A stretch of 64,000 bases of DNA from positions 18,664,001 through 18,728,000 of the forward strand of contig OZ076409.1 of assembly GCA_964187785.1 (NCBI GenBank). Direction: 5' to 3'. The stretch comes from Amphiscolops sp. MND2022 (Eukaryota). A program made the translations under genes and the position numbers. Each line of letters begins with the position of its first letter. The first letter of the stretch is position 1. Of this stretch, positions 1-13,822 are shown one piece after another. Below the pieces are notes generated by a model that was not told where the DNA came from, searched no databases, and saw only the letters and a program-made list of their open reading frames with translations.

Positions 1-169
1 GAAACTACAAACCTGATTCTTTCGCTTTTGATTGTTCACTTTCTAACTCAAAAAAAGTTTCAAAAAACGTACTCAAATAACATGAAGAAGCTAATAAACT
101 TGAAATTTTTGGGTTTTCAAAAATTTTTGTGTCATATTATAATCATTTTTGTCATAAACCGTCATTTAT

Positions 170-1500
170 CACATTTGAAAAGCCTACTGGACAACGCATT
201 CAGTTGTTGTGGAACTGTTCCAGAGTTCTGATATATGAGAACGTTGAAATTGTGTTGGAAATTCAAAAATTGTAAAAAAAGGTTTTTGACTGTTTTCGAG
301 TCATTGTGGCAATTTTTTTTCAAAATTGCACTCTTCTCCCCAAACAACCCTTTTCGACAACGCAACTTTTCATTGTTGAACGTTTTCAACGTTCTGATTT
401 ATGAAATCTCCTGAAAATGTGACAAAAGTTGCAAAAATGAAGGTGAAAAATCTGTACATTTTAGAGTTTTTGTCACTTTTGGTCGCACTTTTAGACTTTT
501 TTAATTAGAAAACTGCGTTCATTTCTTAACAAAAGCCTCCCGGACAACGGATTCGTTCTTTGGTGAATGTCTTCAATATTCTAAGCCACCAGGTGTTTCG
601 GAGAAAAAATGCATGAAAAATTTGAGGCATTTTTTTCAAAACAAACGGCTTTTATCTCTTCAAAAAAGCCTCTTTGACAACGAATTGTTTCCTTGTCGAA
701 CCGTTTCAACTTACTAAGCCTGCCAGTCTTTACAAAAATGGACAAAGAACGCTTGAATATTTTAAATATCTGTTTTTTGGGCTTTATGGCAATTTCGGTC
801 CGAATTTGAGGAATTTTTTTCAGAACAAATTGCATTTGTCTTCGAAGCAGCCAAGCCTCTTGGGGAACGAATTCTCAACTACTTGAACCTTTTTAACTTT
901 TTAAGCTAACAAGTGTATCAAACAGTTCACAAAAACTGCATAAAAACCTAAAAAATCTACACTATTTGGAATTTTTTCAAAATTTCGTTCTCAATTTGAA
1001 GCTTTTTTCAAAAATTACCTTTATTTCTTTGAAAAGCGTTTCGGAAATCAAAATTTTTCACCTTTGAACGTTTTCAACAATATAAGCCACAATATCTATC
1101 GAAAATTTGACTAAATTTTTTGAAGTTTTTATTATTTTTGGGTCATTCTGGGGTCTTTGAGGTCAACCAAAAAAGTCCAAAAATCTCTACAAATACATAC
1201 CGCATGATACTAATTTTATGTCAGTTGAATTTTCTGGGTGAAACCCTTTAGCTTGGATATAACTTTTGTGCTTGGCAAATTTTGTAAAAAAAACCGTTTG
1301 ATTTTATTATTTTCGTTTTCCATATAAAATATGGACGGAAAATAATAAAAAACCCTTTCCAGTCAGAATTGGTCCCTTTTTCGGATACTGTTTGACACTG
1401 CAAGGAATTTCAAAAATGCAGCACTTTCCTTTCCAAGTTTAACAGATTTTGCACCTTTTGATCTTGAAGTGGGGCGCCGACTTGGGCCGTTCCGGACTGT
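170..1500. repeat. Degenerate tandem repeat region (~130-190 bp units), probably part of a non-autonomous DNA element
   Basis: Recurring motif aagcc..gacaacg..tgaac..ttcaa..taagcc near 180, 345, 532, 665, 853 and 1033. Region ends in a short GC-rich stretch (ggggcgccgacttgggccgttccgg, ~1470-1497). Confidence 0.4.
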
Positions 1501-2163
1501 TGATTGTTGCATTGAAGATCCATTTATGTAATATACAACTGGGCGCGGGCGGGAAACTCTTCAAGTAATGCCCAAGCGTTTCATTAGCATACAATAGGCC
1601 CAGAACAGCTCAAAGTTGGTGCAAACCAATGGACAAAATTTTCGTACGTTTCTTCGCTTTCGTGTCCGTCTTAAAATTGAAAAAAAAATAACTGTATCAG
1701 GGTTTCGATCTTGGTTTTAACTTTAGGCGTCAACAAAAACAAGCTTATCAAAGTCTGCCATTTTAAACACGGGAATCACTGTTTTAAATCACAACTTCAC
1801 AAGATGAATATAGTTTCCATACAGTCACCATTTGTCAATCATATTAAAACTAAATATGATCCATGACAAAGATTGTGAAGACCATTTTTTAAATGATGAA
1901 ACGTGATGACGTGAGACGTGAAACATGAGACGTAAAAATGATGAAAAATGAAACAAACAAATCTCAGTTTTCCCACTCTACTTTCTCGTAGAAACTTTAG
2001 AGAAAAGGATGAAAACTATGCAAGCACAATTTTAAAGGGACATTTCTTTCTCGACTCATTTGTTGCATTCATTTTCCTTACATTACTTCTGTTTTTCTGT
2101 GTATAAAAAGTTTTTGATAATTCCGTCCTCGCAACAGTCTCTGTGAATTTTACAACTCAACAG

Positions 2164-2341
2164 TGGCTATCTGCAAAGCCAAAACTCAGCTGAAGTACAT
2201 GAACGGCCAGCTTAGTTGTGGGTGTGAACAAGAGTGCAACTCTGAGATGTACTTGCGATCCGTTTCCACCATCGCCTGGCCTTCCTCTAGCTACCTACCC
2301 TTCTTCATGGCATACTCTTGGAAGAAATCCGTTAATGAAAG
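2164..2341 (+). CDS. DEG/ENaC (amiloride-sensitive channel family) gene, penultimate exon
   Basis: CAG acceptor at 2161-2163 and AG|GTATGC donor. Peptide CGCEQECNSEMYLRSVSTIAWPS matches the Cys-rich thumb and WPS motif of DEG/ENaC. The exon ends in phase 2, compatible with the exon at 5301 (AG+C = Ser). Confidence 0.85.
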
Positions 2342-3418
2342 GTATGCCAGCTTTCCCATTATAATTACATAAAATCATTAATTACAAAATTTAATTTGTT
2401 TTTTTTCCTCAATTCTCGGGTTGACCTTCCATACAAGTCGTGTTTGTGCCAAGCCTTGATCGAGACTTGATTTATACTACGATTGGCGTGAGAACGAAAA
2501 GCAAAGAGTCATGGAATCTATTAAACCGATTCGAAAAAAATGGCACCAGCAGGCCGCGCCTTTCATCAAATATATGCATGATTAAACCTCGTCTACCATG
2601 GAATAAGGATTCATTTTGAGGGATTCATTGTAAGAATGCATCAACATCTGATGTCATTGAATATCCAAAGCAGGGTCTCGGTAAAAATCATTTTTAGATA
2701 GTCTCCTCCGGCTTACTTATTCCAAAATGGCGTGATATATCCTAAAAACATGAAAAAGCGCTCTGAATTTTGTTTCAGAACTCAAGATTTTCGGTTCGAA
2801 ATGCCATTGTAGGGGAATTTAAAAAAATTTTGATACTCTAATAGTTGATTCCTAATTTTTCAACATTCCAGTTTTCTTTCATCCAGAAGAGGTTTCCTAA
2901 TTAGTTTGGTCAAATGATTTCAGCGACTTTTTATCAAGACTCCAGCGTAGCCAAACTCTTTTTGTCAACACAAACCTTCAAATTTAGAAAAATAATTGAC
3001 AGTTTAGATGATTAAATTTCAATTATTTGCAAACTTTCCTCAGCAAATTAGATTTGAATCATCTCTCCGCTTTTGTAACAGATCGATGACATTAAAATTG
3101 AGTGCCATTTTGATCTTTGGAAGCTATGAAACGTTGCAGGCTCTTCATTGAGGAAATTTGTGCTTCAAAAAGAGCATCGCCAATGGCAAAAATGAATTCC
3201 AGAAAAATCTATGACCATAATTTGGTTGTTTCAATCTCACAGATCTGTTCAAAAGTTTTGTCAGAATAAATTTTAAACATGGCGTCTCGTTTTTACCCCT
3301 TGATCGAAACGAAACTGCTGCTCGAAAACCACTGGCTGTAAAACAAACTGCGAATGACCGATCCGCTCTGCGCTGAAAGCTCACAACAAATAAGGACATG
3401 ATTTTTACAGATCTGTAA

Positions 3419-3494
3419 ACAAAAAATGCTATGAACTGCAAGGAAAATTTAGATTCGAATCTAAATTTTCCTTGCAGTTCATAGCATTTTTTGT
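3419..3494. repeat. Perfect 76-bp palindrome with no spacer
   Basis: acaaaaaatgctatgaactgcaaggaaaatttagattc is followed immediately by its exact reverse complement; centre at 3456/3457. Confidence 0.95.
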
Positions 3495-4025
3495 GTTAGT
3501 TCGAAATTTTTCACGGTTTCATTGCGTCTCTTGGTAATTATTAATTATATTGAATTTACATCGAAATAAAGCTGCCATTGCTGCCAATGTTCGTACTAAC
3601 ATTCAATCATTGGTTTCATCAGCGCTAAAAAATTTCAGTCAATGAATCAATCTCAATTCTCATTGGCTGTTTTTATGAAACTATGTAGAAAAATCAGGTC
3701 CAATTTCCTCGCAAATTTTGGCTCTCGATTATTTATCTATACCCGGACCAGCCGTACCAAATAAAACAGTATGGAGTGACGGAGGTAACATTATTTCCAT
3801 GGGAGACTAAGTATTTGTCCAGCAAGCTTCAGAATGTTAATTTTTCTCCAAAGAAAATATTTTGAAATTAAATTTTTATTCTTTTCTGAATTTATTGATT
3901 TTCACCGACTTTCAATTAATAAGCTGTGATTGAGTGATCATTGACCGAGTTTAAAATTTTCCTTAAGCGCACACCCCTAGGGTGAGGGTTCATCAATGAA
4001 TTCTATATCTTCGACATGATTGTAA

Positions 4026-5269
4026 CCCGAGTTGACAACCCAGGGAAATCCATCGGTGGCCACCGATCTTCCACCGCAGTTCCATCGGTGGCCACTTCGG
4101 TGGCCGTAACAGTTTTTGCGGTGGCCACCGGTGGCCCACCGGTGGGTAATGGTGGCCACCGATGGGCTATAGGTGGGGATCGGTGGGCCACCGATGGACC
4201 ATCGGTGGGCTACGGTGGGCCATCGGACGGCCGTCGATGAAAGGTCCCCAAAGGTTGGTTACCCTCAGGGTTCGGAAAAAAACGATTCTGTAAAAATTAT
4301 GTTTTCAACGTTTTAAACATAAAAATTGCTTGTCAAAAACATGTCGAAAACTCGAAATCTCAATTTGAATTCATAAACACAAAAATCTAAAACATATCTA
4401 AAATGTAACTCTAAACTGAAAATCACTGCAAAAGTCTGGGACAAAATGCCAATGATCTTTCATTCTCTCCACAACTACCGATTTTCCCAGGGACATAGTT
4501 TGCATTTTTCTCTTTTATCATCTTGTGATCGTTCAAATTCGAGCCAAATCGCATCTTCGCTCCCTTCGCCAAGTAGCAACATTGAGGCATGGCCATATGG
4601 AACGTCGCTCCGCTTCGCTTCGCTCCTGCATTTGGGAAACCACCTTCTTGATGACGAATAGCAGTCGCCGAATTGATCATGCATTTACATCTAAAATTAC
4701 CGAAGAACCACTAGAATATGATCTAAAATTACCGAAAAACCACTGGAATGATATAAAATCACTGGTAAAAAGCGCTGGAATAAGATCTAAAATCTCTGAA
4801 GAACACCGGAATAAGATCTAAAATCACCGAAAAACCACCAGAATCAGATCTAAAATGACTGGATAAACACCCGAATAAAAGATCTAAAATCACCCAAAAA
4901 AATCACTAGAGTAAGATTCAAACTTACTGGATAACCAGTGTAAAAGGATTTTCGGACACGATTTGAAACTGCAAACAGGGTTTACAGATACTTCAGAACC
5001 GGTCCTTATAATTTCCCCATTTTATTAGGCTTTGATGCATAAAGGTTGCGAATATCGTCTCAAGGTATTTTGTGTACCAACATTCAGTTGCTAGAAATGT
5101 TGAACGAAATTTTCACTTTGAAATTTTCGAATTTCCACCGATGGTCCATCGGTGGACCATCGGTGGCCACCGGTGGGAAAGCCTCCACGTTAGCTAATTT
5201 CCCCCCACCGGTGGCCATTGGTGGTCCACCGATGGCCACCGATGGATTTCCCTGGGTTGTCAGTACGGG
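4026..5269. mobile_element. Non-autonomous TIR DNA transposon (CMC/EnSpm-like) in the ENaC intron
   Basis: Termini CCCG...CGGG. Perfect 30-bp inverted match tgacaacccagggaaatccatcggtggcca (4033-4062 / 5233-5262). Many subterminal ccatcggtgg/ccaccgatgg repeats at both ends; AA on both flanks; no transposase. Confidence 0.75.
4688..4930 (+). repeat. ~32-bp minisatellite (about 8 degenerate copies) inside the TIR element
   Basis: Repeated gatctaaaatcaccgaa...cacyrgaataa units. Confidence 0.8.
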
Positions 5270-5300
5270 AAAACAAATCATATGTGATGTTGGATTTTAG

Positions 5301-5592
5301 CTTAGTGGCACTGAGGAGTTTTTGGGATGATCTAATGCAGCAAGATCCTCTGGACTACAATGAGATGCTGGAAGATGTTCGAAAAAACTTTGCCAGATTA
5401 TCCATCCACTATGAAACGTTGAACTACTACACCATCGATTTCCAGCCAAGCTACCCATATTACCAGTTCATTGCAGATATTGGCGGGTATTCCGGGCTCT
5501 TCACTGGAGTTTGCGTCATGACGTTGTTTGAATTTATTGACACCCTCACGAAAGTTGGGATCGTTTTATGCTCAAAGCGAAAACAGAAATAG
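5301..5592 (+). CDS. DEG/ENaC gene, terminal coding exon (pre-TM2 and TM2)
   Basis: TTTTAG acceptor ending at 5300. NFARLSIHYETLNY...PSY...IADIGGYSGLFTGVCVMTLFEF is the canonical DEG/ENaC TM2 signature. Stop TAG at 5590-5592. Confidence 0.92.
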
Positions 5593-6689
5593 TATTCACA
5601 CCTTCACACTTTAAACATACCAACTGAAGTTAACGAAGTGCCATAACGCATTGTTTTATTATGTATTTTCCACAAATTGCGGCTTACTTTCAGAGTTTGA
5701 AGCTCCATTAGTAAATTTTTAGTCTCGAAATTGGAGCATTAGTAGTTTAGTGGAAGCATTAGTGGCCATTTTTTGAAGCAAACTCATACATTGATTTTTT
5801 CTAATACATTATGTAATACCTTTTACGTCAATGTTGAATAGATTCAAAGTTTTATTTTGTTTTCAAATATATTTTATTTTAATATGAATTGACTCCACTT
5901 CAAGAGTCGTTTTCACTTCTGATTAAGTGAAAAAGCTGGTGCAAGAAATTTTCTCACTGTGAAACTGAGACAAGTAGAAAAAAAACTCTAAGTAGTTTCA
6001 GGACGACGATTTTTTGGATATTTCGTTATCTCGATATATCTGAAACACAAAAACCCACACTTGAGAATTTTTGCCAAAAACGTTTTTCGCAAAAAAAAAG
6101 TCGCTCAGAAATCGAAAAAGCCAAAGTTGGACCCTCTAGATTCGCGAAAGGATTTTCCTGAGAAAAAAAAACAAAATTGAAACGATTACTCTTCGGTGAA
6201 AATAAGTTATTTTTCCCAGTTATTTCAAGATGTCTTCAAAAGTTCTGTCCTATTTTAGATGTTTGAAGTTGATACAATATGAACTGATGTGGTAACTTTG
6301 GATGGTTGATTAGTTGTAACAAAAGTTGTATGGCCTTTTCAAAATAGCTAAATATATCGACGTTTGGGGGTCTGAAAAAGTTTAGGCATTCCGTTTTTAG
6401 GAAATCTCAACTAACAGAGTACCTGATAGTATAATTAACCAACAAAAGTTTCTTTCGACACAAAACATGTCCTAGATGCAGATAGATCGCTTATTGAAGT
6501 TCCACATAGGGACAAAGTTAAAAATACAAAAAATTCAATTGCAGAATTAAACAATACCAAAAATGTATTTTGAGCTATGCTTCCAACTAAGCCACAAATA
6601 TTCTCAATATTTCACAACTTAGCAAAGCTCTATGCATGCTTCCGAATACGTTTTAAACTTTGGTTTGATGAACCAAACTGAATACAGAA

Positions 6690-9600
6690 AAAACGAATCG
6701 GTACCAGGACCGTAATAAAAACGAAGTGAAATTCCGGGGCAGATACCGGTGAACATAGAATACCAAAACAACAAACAGAAAATGGAAATCCTGATTACCG
6801 AAAGAACGGAGATAACACCACTCTTGCGAATGGACTGCATGAGAAGGATCAGATTTACAATCGGTAGAGTCCAACTGGCCGAAATTAACCTATCAGAAAA
6901 AAAAAGAGAATAATTATCAAATTTCTGGATTTGTTTGAGAATAACCGAACACGAAAAGACACTGAACTAAATATACAGCTGAAACCGGGACATTACCCGG
7001 TAAAACAAAAAACCAGACCCATCACGCTACACCTACTAGAAGACGTAGGGAGATAATTGGAGAAACTGATAAAAGTCGGACACGTCGAAAAGGTGAATAA
7101 TGTGGATGAGGACTGCTTTGTGTCAAAGGTGGTAATAACAGTAAAAATTGATAAATCGGTGAAAATAGCACTTGACTCCCGAAAACTAAACGATAGCTGT
7201 AAAAAACGGAGACCACACATGCCAAACATGGAGGAGTTACTGAACCAAATATCGGTAGAAATTACCCGAGACCGAACAGCCCAAACATTCATTTCAAAAA
7301 TTGATATAGATTGTGCCTGCGGGCAAATGAAATTATCAAAAGAAACAAGCCGACAAGGCGTATTCGCAACCCCGGGGCAAAATTCAGGTGATACTATCAA
7401 TTCAAAAAGGGGGTTTACGGGTTGGTCGATATACCCCAATATTACAAAAGAACTGACCGAACACTAGAATACCGTACACCGACGTGATTAGATGACATAA
7501 TAGTTGTAACACGTGGAAACAGGCAAGAACACGAGAGAAAATTTTTTGATTTCTTAAACAAGTTGAAAAAAGTCAGCTACCGAGCACGAAAATTGGAATT
7601 CTGCATGAAAAAAAAAACAAAGTGGTTGGGACACGAAATTGATAAGAACGGAATAAAACCGCATGAAGAAAAAGTGGAAGCAGTACTGAAACCGAATAAC
7701 ACAAAGGAATTGAAATCATTCCTCGGTGAAATAAAACATGTGGCAAAATTCGTACCGAAGTTTATAGAAAAACCCAATAGACTCAGGAAATTGTTGAAAA
7801 AATGAATGCAGGAAATTGTTGAACTATGAAATTGGACAAAGAACCAAGAAGAAGATTTTTTGCAAATAAAACGGATGTTAACCAAAAAATCATGCTTGGT
7901 ACACTACGCGAAAGACAAGAAAAACTTGGTCACAACAGATGCAAGTAAAACCGGAGTCGGAATTACACTTTGGCAGAAACAAGTCAGCGTAGACACCAAA
8001 CAGATCGTATATTTGAACGATCCCGAAAAAAAATTATTCCATCGGTGAACTGGAATTGTTAGCAGTAGTTTGGGGATTGGGGAAAATCCGATTTTACTTT
8101 TTACGGAAAGAAAGTACACTTGTACATAGACCACCAAGCATTAGAACCATTAATAAAATACAACCGAAGCAGTCAACAACATAGCGCAAAGCTAACGCGT
8201 TGGTTGGATAGATTAGCACATTTTCATTTTGACATTTCAGTTCAACACTCCACAGGCAGCGACTCGAAATGTACAAATTTTCTCGGAAGAAACCCGAACA
8301 CGCTGAACCAAACGCAAAATAAGGCTCGCGATTCGGCAGGCAATCAAATTCAAGATCAGAAGAGACCGAAAAGGAACGAAAGCGGAACCGAAATGAAACT
8401 GAGCAAAAAAGAACCAATCACATACAAATAGAACATTAATGAACAAAAATCACGTGAATAAATTCAACGCAAATGAGAATACTACATACAGGCAGTCCGA
8501 TATTAGCACCGAGAAGAGCAATACAAATTCAAAAATTACCTTTTGAAAACGGAATAAATCGCGAAAAACTGTTTCATTGGGGAGCTTATCCGGAAAAGAT
8601 AAATGAGCTCGGAAACCAGAAGACTGGTGGAAAGGAGAAAAACGCTAGCCAAGCCGGGGACCAAGCGGAGAAGGTACGATCCACAGTCACAAAGAACCAT
8701 ATTCGCACCTTCAAGGCCAAACAAGAGAGGCCGGGAAGAGATTGCAGAAATCGATGCGGACCTAATACATAGAGCAAACCGGATAAAGCGGGGCTACCAA
8801 CCGATACAAATTATCGAAGAAGAAGAAGAAGATCCGGAAGCTCCGGGGAAGGAGAAGTTCGAGCAGATCAAAATGCGGGGGATACCGAAGCAGATAGTGT
8901 TATCATGCGGGGTGACAACCTACCGTTCGTCGATTTGAGCAAGCACCATACTGACGGAAAATAGGCCCACATTATACAAATCAACCACATAGTGGGAAAA
9001 CTGACAGAAAACAAGAAATTTTCTGGAGACAACATAAAAAAGCCAAATTTAACTTCATGGTGGACTTGAATACTCTTATCTAAAAGACGGGCACTGATCC
9101 GGAAAACACAAGGGAAGAAAGGGACACGGCGCCGGAAGGATACAGACCGGTTTTCGACAAGCTATCCTTCTGGTGGGGTTTAGTCTTCGTGAATGACAAG
9201 ATTGCCGTGCCAATTGATCTGAGAAGAAGACTGATCGACATACTACATTCCGGATAGTCCGGCACAACAAAGATGCTATGCGATGCAAAAATGTTTTGGT
9301 GGCCGGGGTTAGAGAGCAAAAAGTCAAAGGTTGTACCGCATGCCTCGCCACAGGTAAGAATCCTAAATACCAATTTTCAACAAAACCAACACTGGAAGTT
9401 AGAAGGAAAAACTAACTGAACCGGGAGAAGAAATACAAACAGATTTGATCTGAAAACTATATCACAAATATTTAAACGGAGAACCCCAAATAAAAATCGC
9501 AATAGACTGGTTTAGTAGAACGCCGACAGCGAAAATTTGTGAAACAGCTGAAAGAAGAGAAGCTATAAGCTCTCTGACAAATTATTTCAATCTATACGGA

Positions 9601-10700
9601 AATCTAAAGAGAGTTAAATCCGAGACAGGGGGGCATTCACATTGTCCGAATACAAAGAATTTTGTAAATCCGGGAACAACGTTGTTCAATATTACCCACC
9701 ACGAATGCATACCGGAAACGGTACAGTAGAAAGAGCAATACAAACTATGAAAAACCAGCTATTGGCAAATTTAGAAGACGGTAATAATTTAACCGAAAGC
9801 GTACATCGAGCACTAAATGTAATACAATTCACAATCTATACGGTACTTAAAAAACGCCATTCGAATTACATCACGGTAGAAAACCGAGAACGAAATTGGC
9901 AAATATACTTAAAGATGGGAAATCTTTTCTGTCACATTGGTCAGAACGGTCCATTTTAGCACCTAACGACCCGAAAACACCGATATATCCGCCGGTATAA
10001 CACCGCGGTATAACAATTTATGTCGGAAGGGACGCCGAGGGAAAAATCAACAATCACATGCTGGGCCCTTACGAAGACCGAAGAACGGCAAGTGACTCCG
10101 GAGGCAAAATCATCAAAGAAGAAAAAACCGGTTAGATATCGTTTCAATTTTGTTGAAAAGAGACACAACCGCAAAACCCTAGAAGGGAGGTTCCAATCAT
10201 AAACACAAACCGCAAATAATCGGGACCAAATATACCGTTAAAACGGATACGGGGAAAATCTTTCACCAAAAATTAATTTCGGGAACTCCGTTTCAGAGCG
10301 AGAAAAGACATCGAAGAGAGGCGGTAGCGTCACTGCATGAGAGGACTGGATGGCAAGTACTGGAAGTGGGAGGAGGTCCTACGCAATATTCTGAACGGGA
10401 AGCTCCGAAATGTTCATAATAAAACGCGCATCGAGACAGATTCAGAAGACGATGATGATGAAGAAGAAGAAGAAGAAGAGATACCGGAGGAAGCCGGATT
10501 AGTGTACGACACGTCGGAGAGAGACGGAAAGTACGAACCGATCCGAATTGATCCCGAGAACGATTCTCTACAAATACACACTGACTGCGAAATACCTCAG
10601 GGTAAGATTTCAAAATTTAATTTTAGACGGTCAAAACGAAACCTAAATAAACTGAATAGATACGGTAGTGTCCCATACCAAAGAAATTTTGGTATGTGAC
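6690..10700 (+). pseudogene. Decayed Ty3/Gypsy pol (PR-RT-RNaseH-IN) with many frameshifts and stops
   Basis: Fragments: ITPLLRMD (protease end), IALDSRKLN and LDDIIVVT (RT), WLGHEI, TTDASKTG and IDHQAL..LTRWLDRL (RNase H), MFWWPG and NGTVERAIQTMKN (integrase). LTRs not confidently identified. Confidence 0.88.
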
Positions 10701-11374
10701 TAAAACATTGTCGTTACAGGTCCAATTGGGAGCCGCACAAAAGGTACCCCACAACCACATTACTGTGCATCTGCAAGCTAAATCGCCACAGACACTTTTC
10801 TGTGCGTTTATGTCCTCCGATTCCGCAGACATGTCTTAAAGCGTGCAAAATTGGCAATTTAGCACTGATTTTGCAGGATCCACGCCACGAAAATCAGCGT
10901 TTTTCGGAATCCGAGGGCATGGGTTAATACGTTAGCCGGTTTCAAATTGCGGCCACCATCCCCGTTATGCCGTTGCATAGAACACATATATAAACTTTTG
11001 TTTGATGAACTTGATTATGAACCACTGAGCCGTCATCAAAATGACACATAGAATGCAAGTGAAGAGAGTTTGGTTCCAATTGTGGGTCGAATCGTCATAA
11101 TTCAATTACTTAGTAGAGTTGAACTTCGGATTAGAGTACTTTCAGAATAACGTAAATCTCGTAGTTACGTAATCGTTTGTTGTGACATATCAAAAGTAGT
11201 ATTCTATCAACGTGATAATTATTCAAGGCAGCATAAGGGACTGCATAAAATCTTATAACGAGCCCGTATTTTTGAGAATGCGCATTAAAGCGCATAATCG
11301 AGCGATTACACTGCTCTATTTGACGCAGCAAAAGCATTTAGTTTACTAGCAAATAGATATTGTTCACAAAAGAA

Positions 11375-11446
11375 GACCCGTTGGCCCAATAGGACTCGCG
11401 CTAGCTTTCCGATCGTGAGATCGTGAATTCAAATACCGCTAACGGC
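11375..11446 (+). pseudogene. tRNA-derived sequence (SINE head or tRNA pseudogene, Arg-like)
   Basis: gacccgttggcccaatagg (A-box-like) ... gaattcaaatacc (degenerate B-box). ccgtt/aacgg can pair like an acceptor stem; ~72 nt; the other arms pair poorly. Confidence 0.45.
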
Positions 11447-13822
11447 AATTATTTAGAAATGAGAGACTGAATTTTTTCTATTTTTTTCATTGAATGTATT
11501 TCAAATAGCCTTGGAAAAATGCAAAAAATATAGCCGTTGTTTCATACTGTTTGGTAAATTGATTAATTAATTATTGTTCTTTTTCAACCAACGCTTAATT
11601 TTGAGATCTTGCTGAGCATTATTGCCTCTATTGAATAAAGAATTGACACCTTTGTTTCCAACCGAACTTTAGATACCGAAATCTACAGTCATATTATACT
11701 AGGAAAGAATTTGAAAAAACGCTTACGGACCTTTTTCAGTTAATTCCCCCCACCTACTTATTCCACTTCAGTTAGGCGGTCGAGAAAAATTATCATTGAA
11801 TTAATAGTAACAACCAATCAAATAGCAGTATTTTATAACTCTACTTCATCGCTGATAGTGGTGGGGATATAAAATTTCTGCGCATACTGCGGGCGGAAGA
11901 GTTTGCAGGGGATATAATGGAAAAGACCATCTTAATAAAAAAGCTTACTTTTCTACCAATTGTAATTGAAAAAAATGAAAATTATAAGGAAATAATTGGT
12001 TTGAAACTTGGCGATTTTTTGGTTCCAATTGTGGGTCAAAACGTGAAGCTTCATTTAACAGAAGTTTGTTTCCGAACATTATCTTTTCTAACAATTTTCA
12101 TCTGATCTCAAGAGATAAAATGCGGAAACATATTATAATTGTTCCGGAATGTAGGTGTACGAATTACTCTACTGAATAAAATTCCGGAATCTGATACGCG
12201 TTGCACAATTTGCTTTCTACATAATTGGCCCTATTGAGGCCTGGCATAAGTGGCAATTAATTGGCCCCATTAACTTGCCAAGACACAAAAATGCGGAAAG
12301 TAAGATTTCAACTTCGAAGGAAGCTAAGGCAGCGACATGAAAGGGGAATGAATTCAGTGCACGCGTCTCGGTTTCCGCGATTTCGGGTCCTGATTTCCGC
12401 AAAACGCTCAGAAAAAGCTTGCAGATGCACTGTAATGCACTGTCGGAATAGTTGCAGAAGCCACAGGACTTTCTCCCGGGTTAAATGACACCACCCGGCC
12501 CTTCATCGCAATTCTGAAAAAGCCCGAGAGAGGAGGAAATGTTATACGGTTCAACCGTCAATTACCGGAGTAGACATTTAGTCTCTACCGAGTTTCGGTA
12601 AGAGACATTACCTGCCTTATGTACAAACAAAATTATTTGATACAAAACTTTGATATATCACTTTATGTTTTGATACGTTACTAAACGCTTAAGATAGAAA
12701 GAAACCATTTAAGAAAACTGTTTCATCCTACAAGTCTAGAATACAACACCCACAATCAAAGTTATGAATAGATGAGAACGTTTTCACTCAAACATGTTAA
12801 GTCTTTGACCAGACCAAATAATTTCAATAAAGCCAATGGGTTGAAATTTACAGACATGTTTACTCCAGGAGTTAAAGTTCCAGTCATATTGTCTTTGATC
12901 GAATTTGTTTTAGGTGTTTGTTAGAACAAAGAAAACAACCCAACGCCATCCGTGAATTACAACATTCTCTAAAGGGTTTTTAACCGAGAAAAAATTTTTC
13001 TATGTCAATTGCCAAAATATTGCAAAAAGAAGTATCAGAGTAGAAATACGCGGCATTCGCGGTGGGGGGGGGGTTGAGTGAGTAACCAAACATGGTCATA
13101 ACGCGGATTCCAAATGACGTCATGATTGCGACACAATGACGTAACCGAAGGTCAAAAATACTCACTCACGGAGAGCCGACTAGAAGCCGAAACAAAAATA
13201 CACAACCTTGAAAAATACGAGCCTGGAAAACTTTTTGTTACTATTTCAGACAATGAAAGGAAAGTTCCTTACCTTTGCAGGCGGAAAGTAGTAAAAAATG
13301 GAAGGAGTGGTTTGTTAGGAATGGAAATGGAACGCAGTCGGGATGAAAGGAAATAGGGTCAATAAAAAGTGCTTTCATCTACCAACGTTGAAATGAATGT
13401 GCTTCTACTTACTTTCTCTTGATGCTAGTGACCTTTATTGATGCGTGATTTCTATGGATAAAATTTCCATGAAGTTACCTTCATTTGCGTAATGGATAAC
13501 ATTCTTTATCATTCCAACCATCAACAAACCAAAAATATCTCTACCTTTACACAACGACATAATTTCACACCGAGTAACATGGAAATGTGACCTGAAAATT
13601 GTGAAAATTGCTATAGAAATTGATGGAGAAAGATGATGAAATGCTGTAAAAAAGATAATGTTTCTCAAGTATAGAATACTGAGAGAGTTTTCACAGTGTT
13701 GAATAACGAAGTGCCGGACAAGAAATAGGGCATATTTCTTTTACAAATGTGCTGAGTAGCTCTAAAATAGCTACTATTTTCTACAGAGATCTCTACAGAT
13801 CTCTACTTTTCTCTACAAAGAT

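Noticed and set aside
3977..4240. Overlapping short ORFs (also 5046-5300)
   Set aside because: They are artefacts of GC-rich subterminal repeats of the TIR element.
5218..5300. N-terminal part of ORF 5218-5592
   Set aside because: It is intronic/TIR sequence; the real exon begins after the AG at 5300.
11375..11446. Functional tRNA gene
   Set aside because: The B-box and stems are degenerate; kept only as tRNA-derived sequence.
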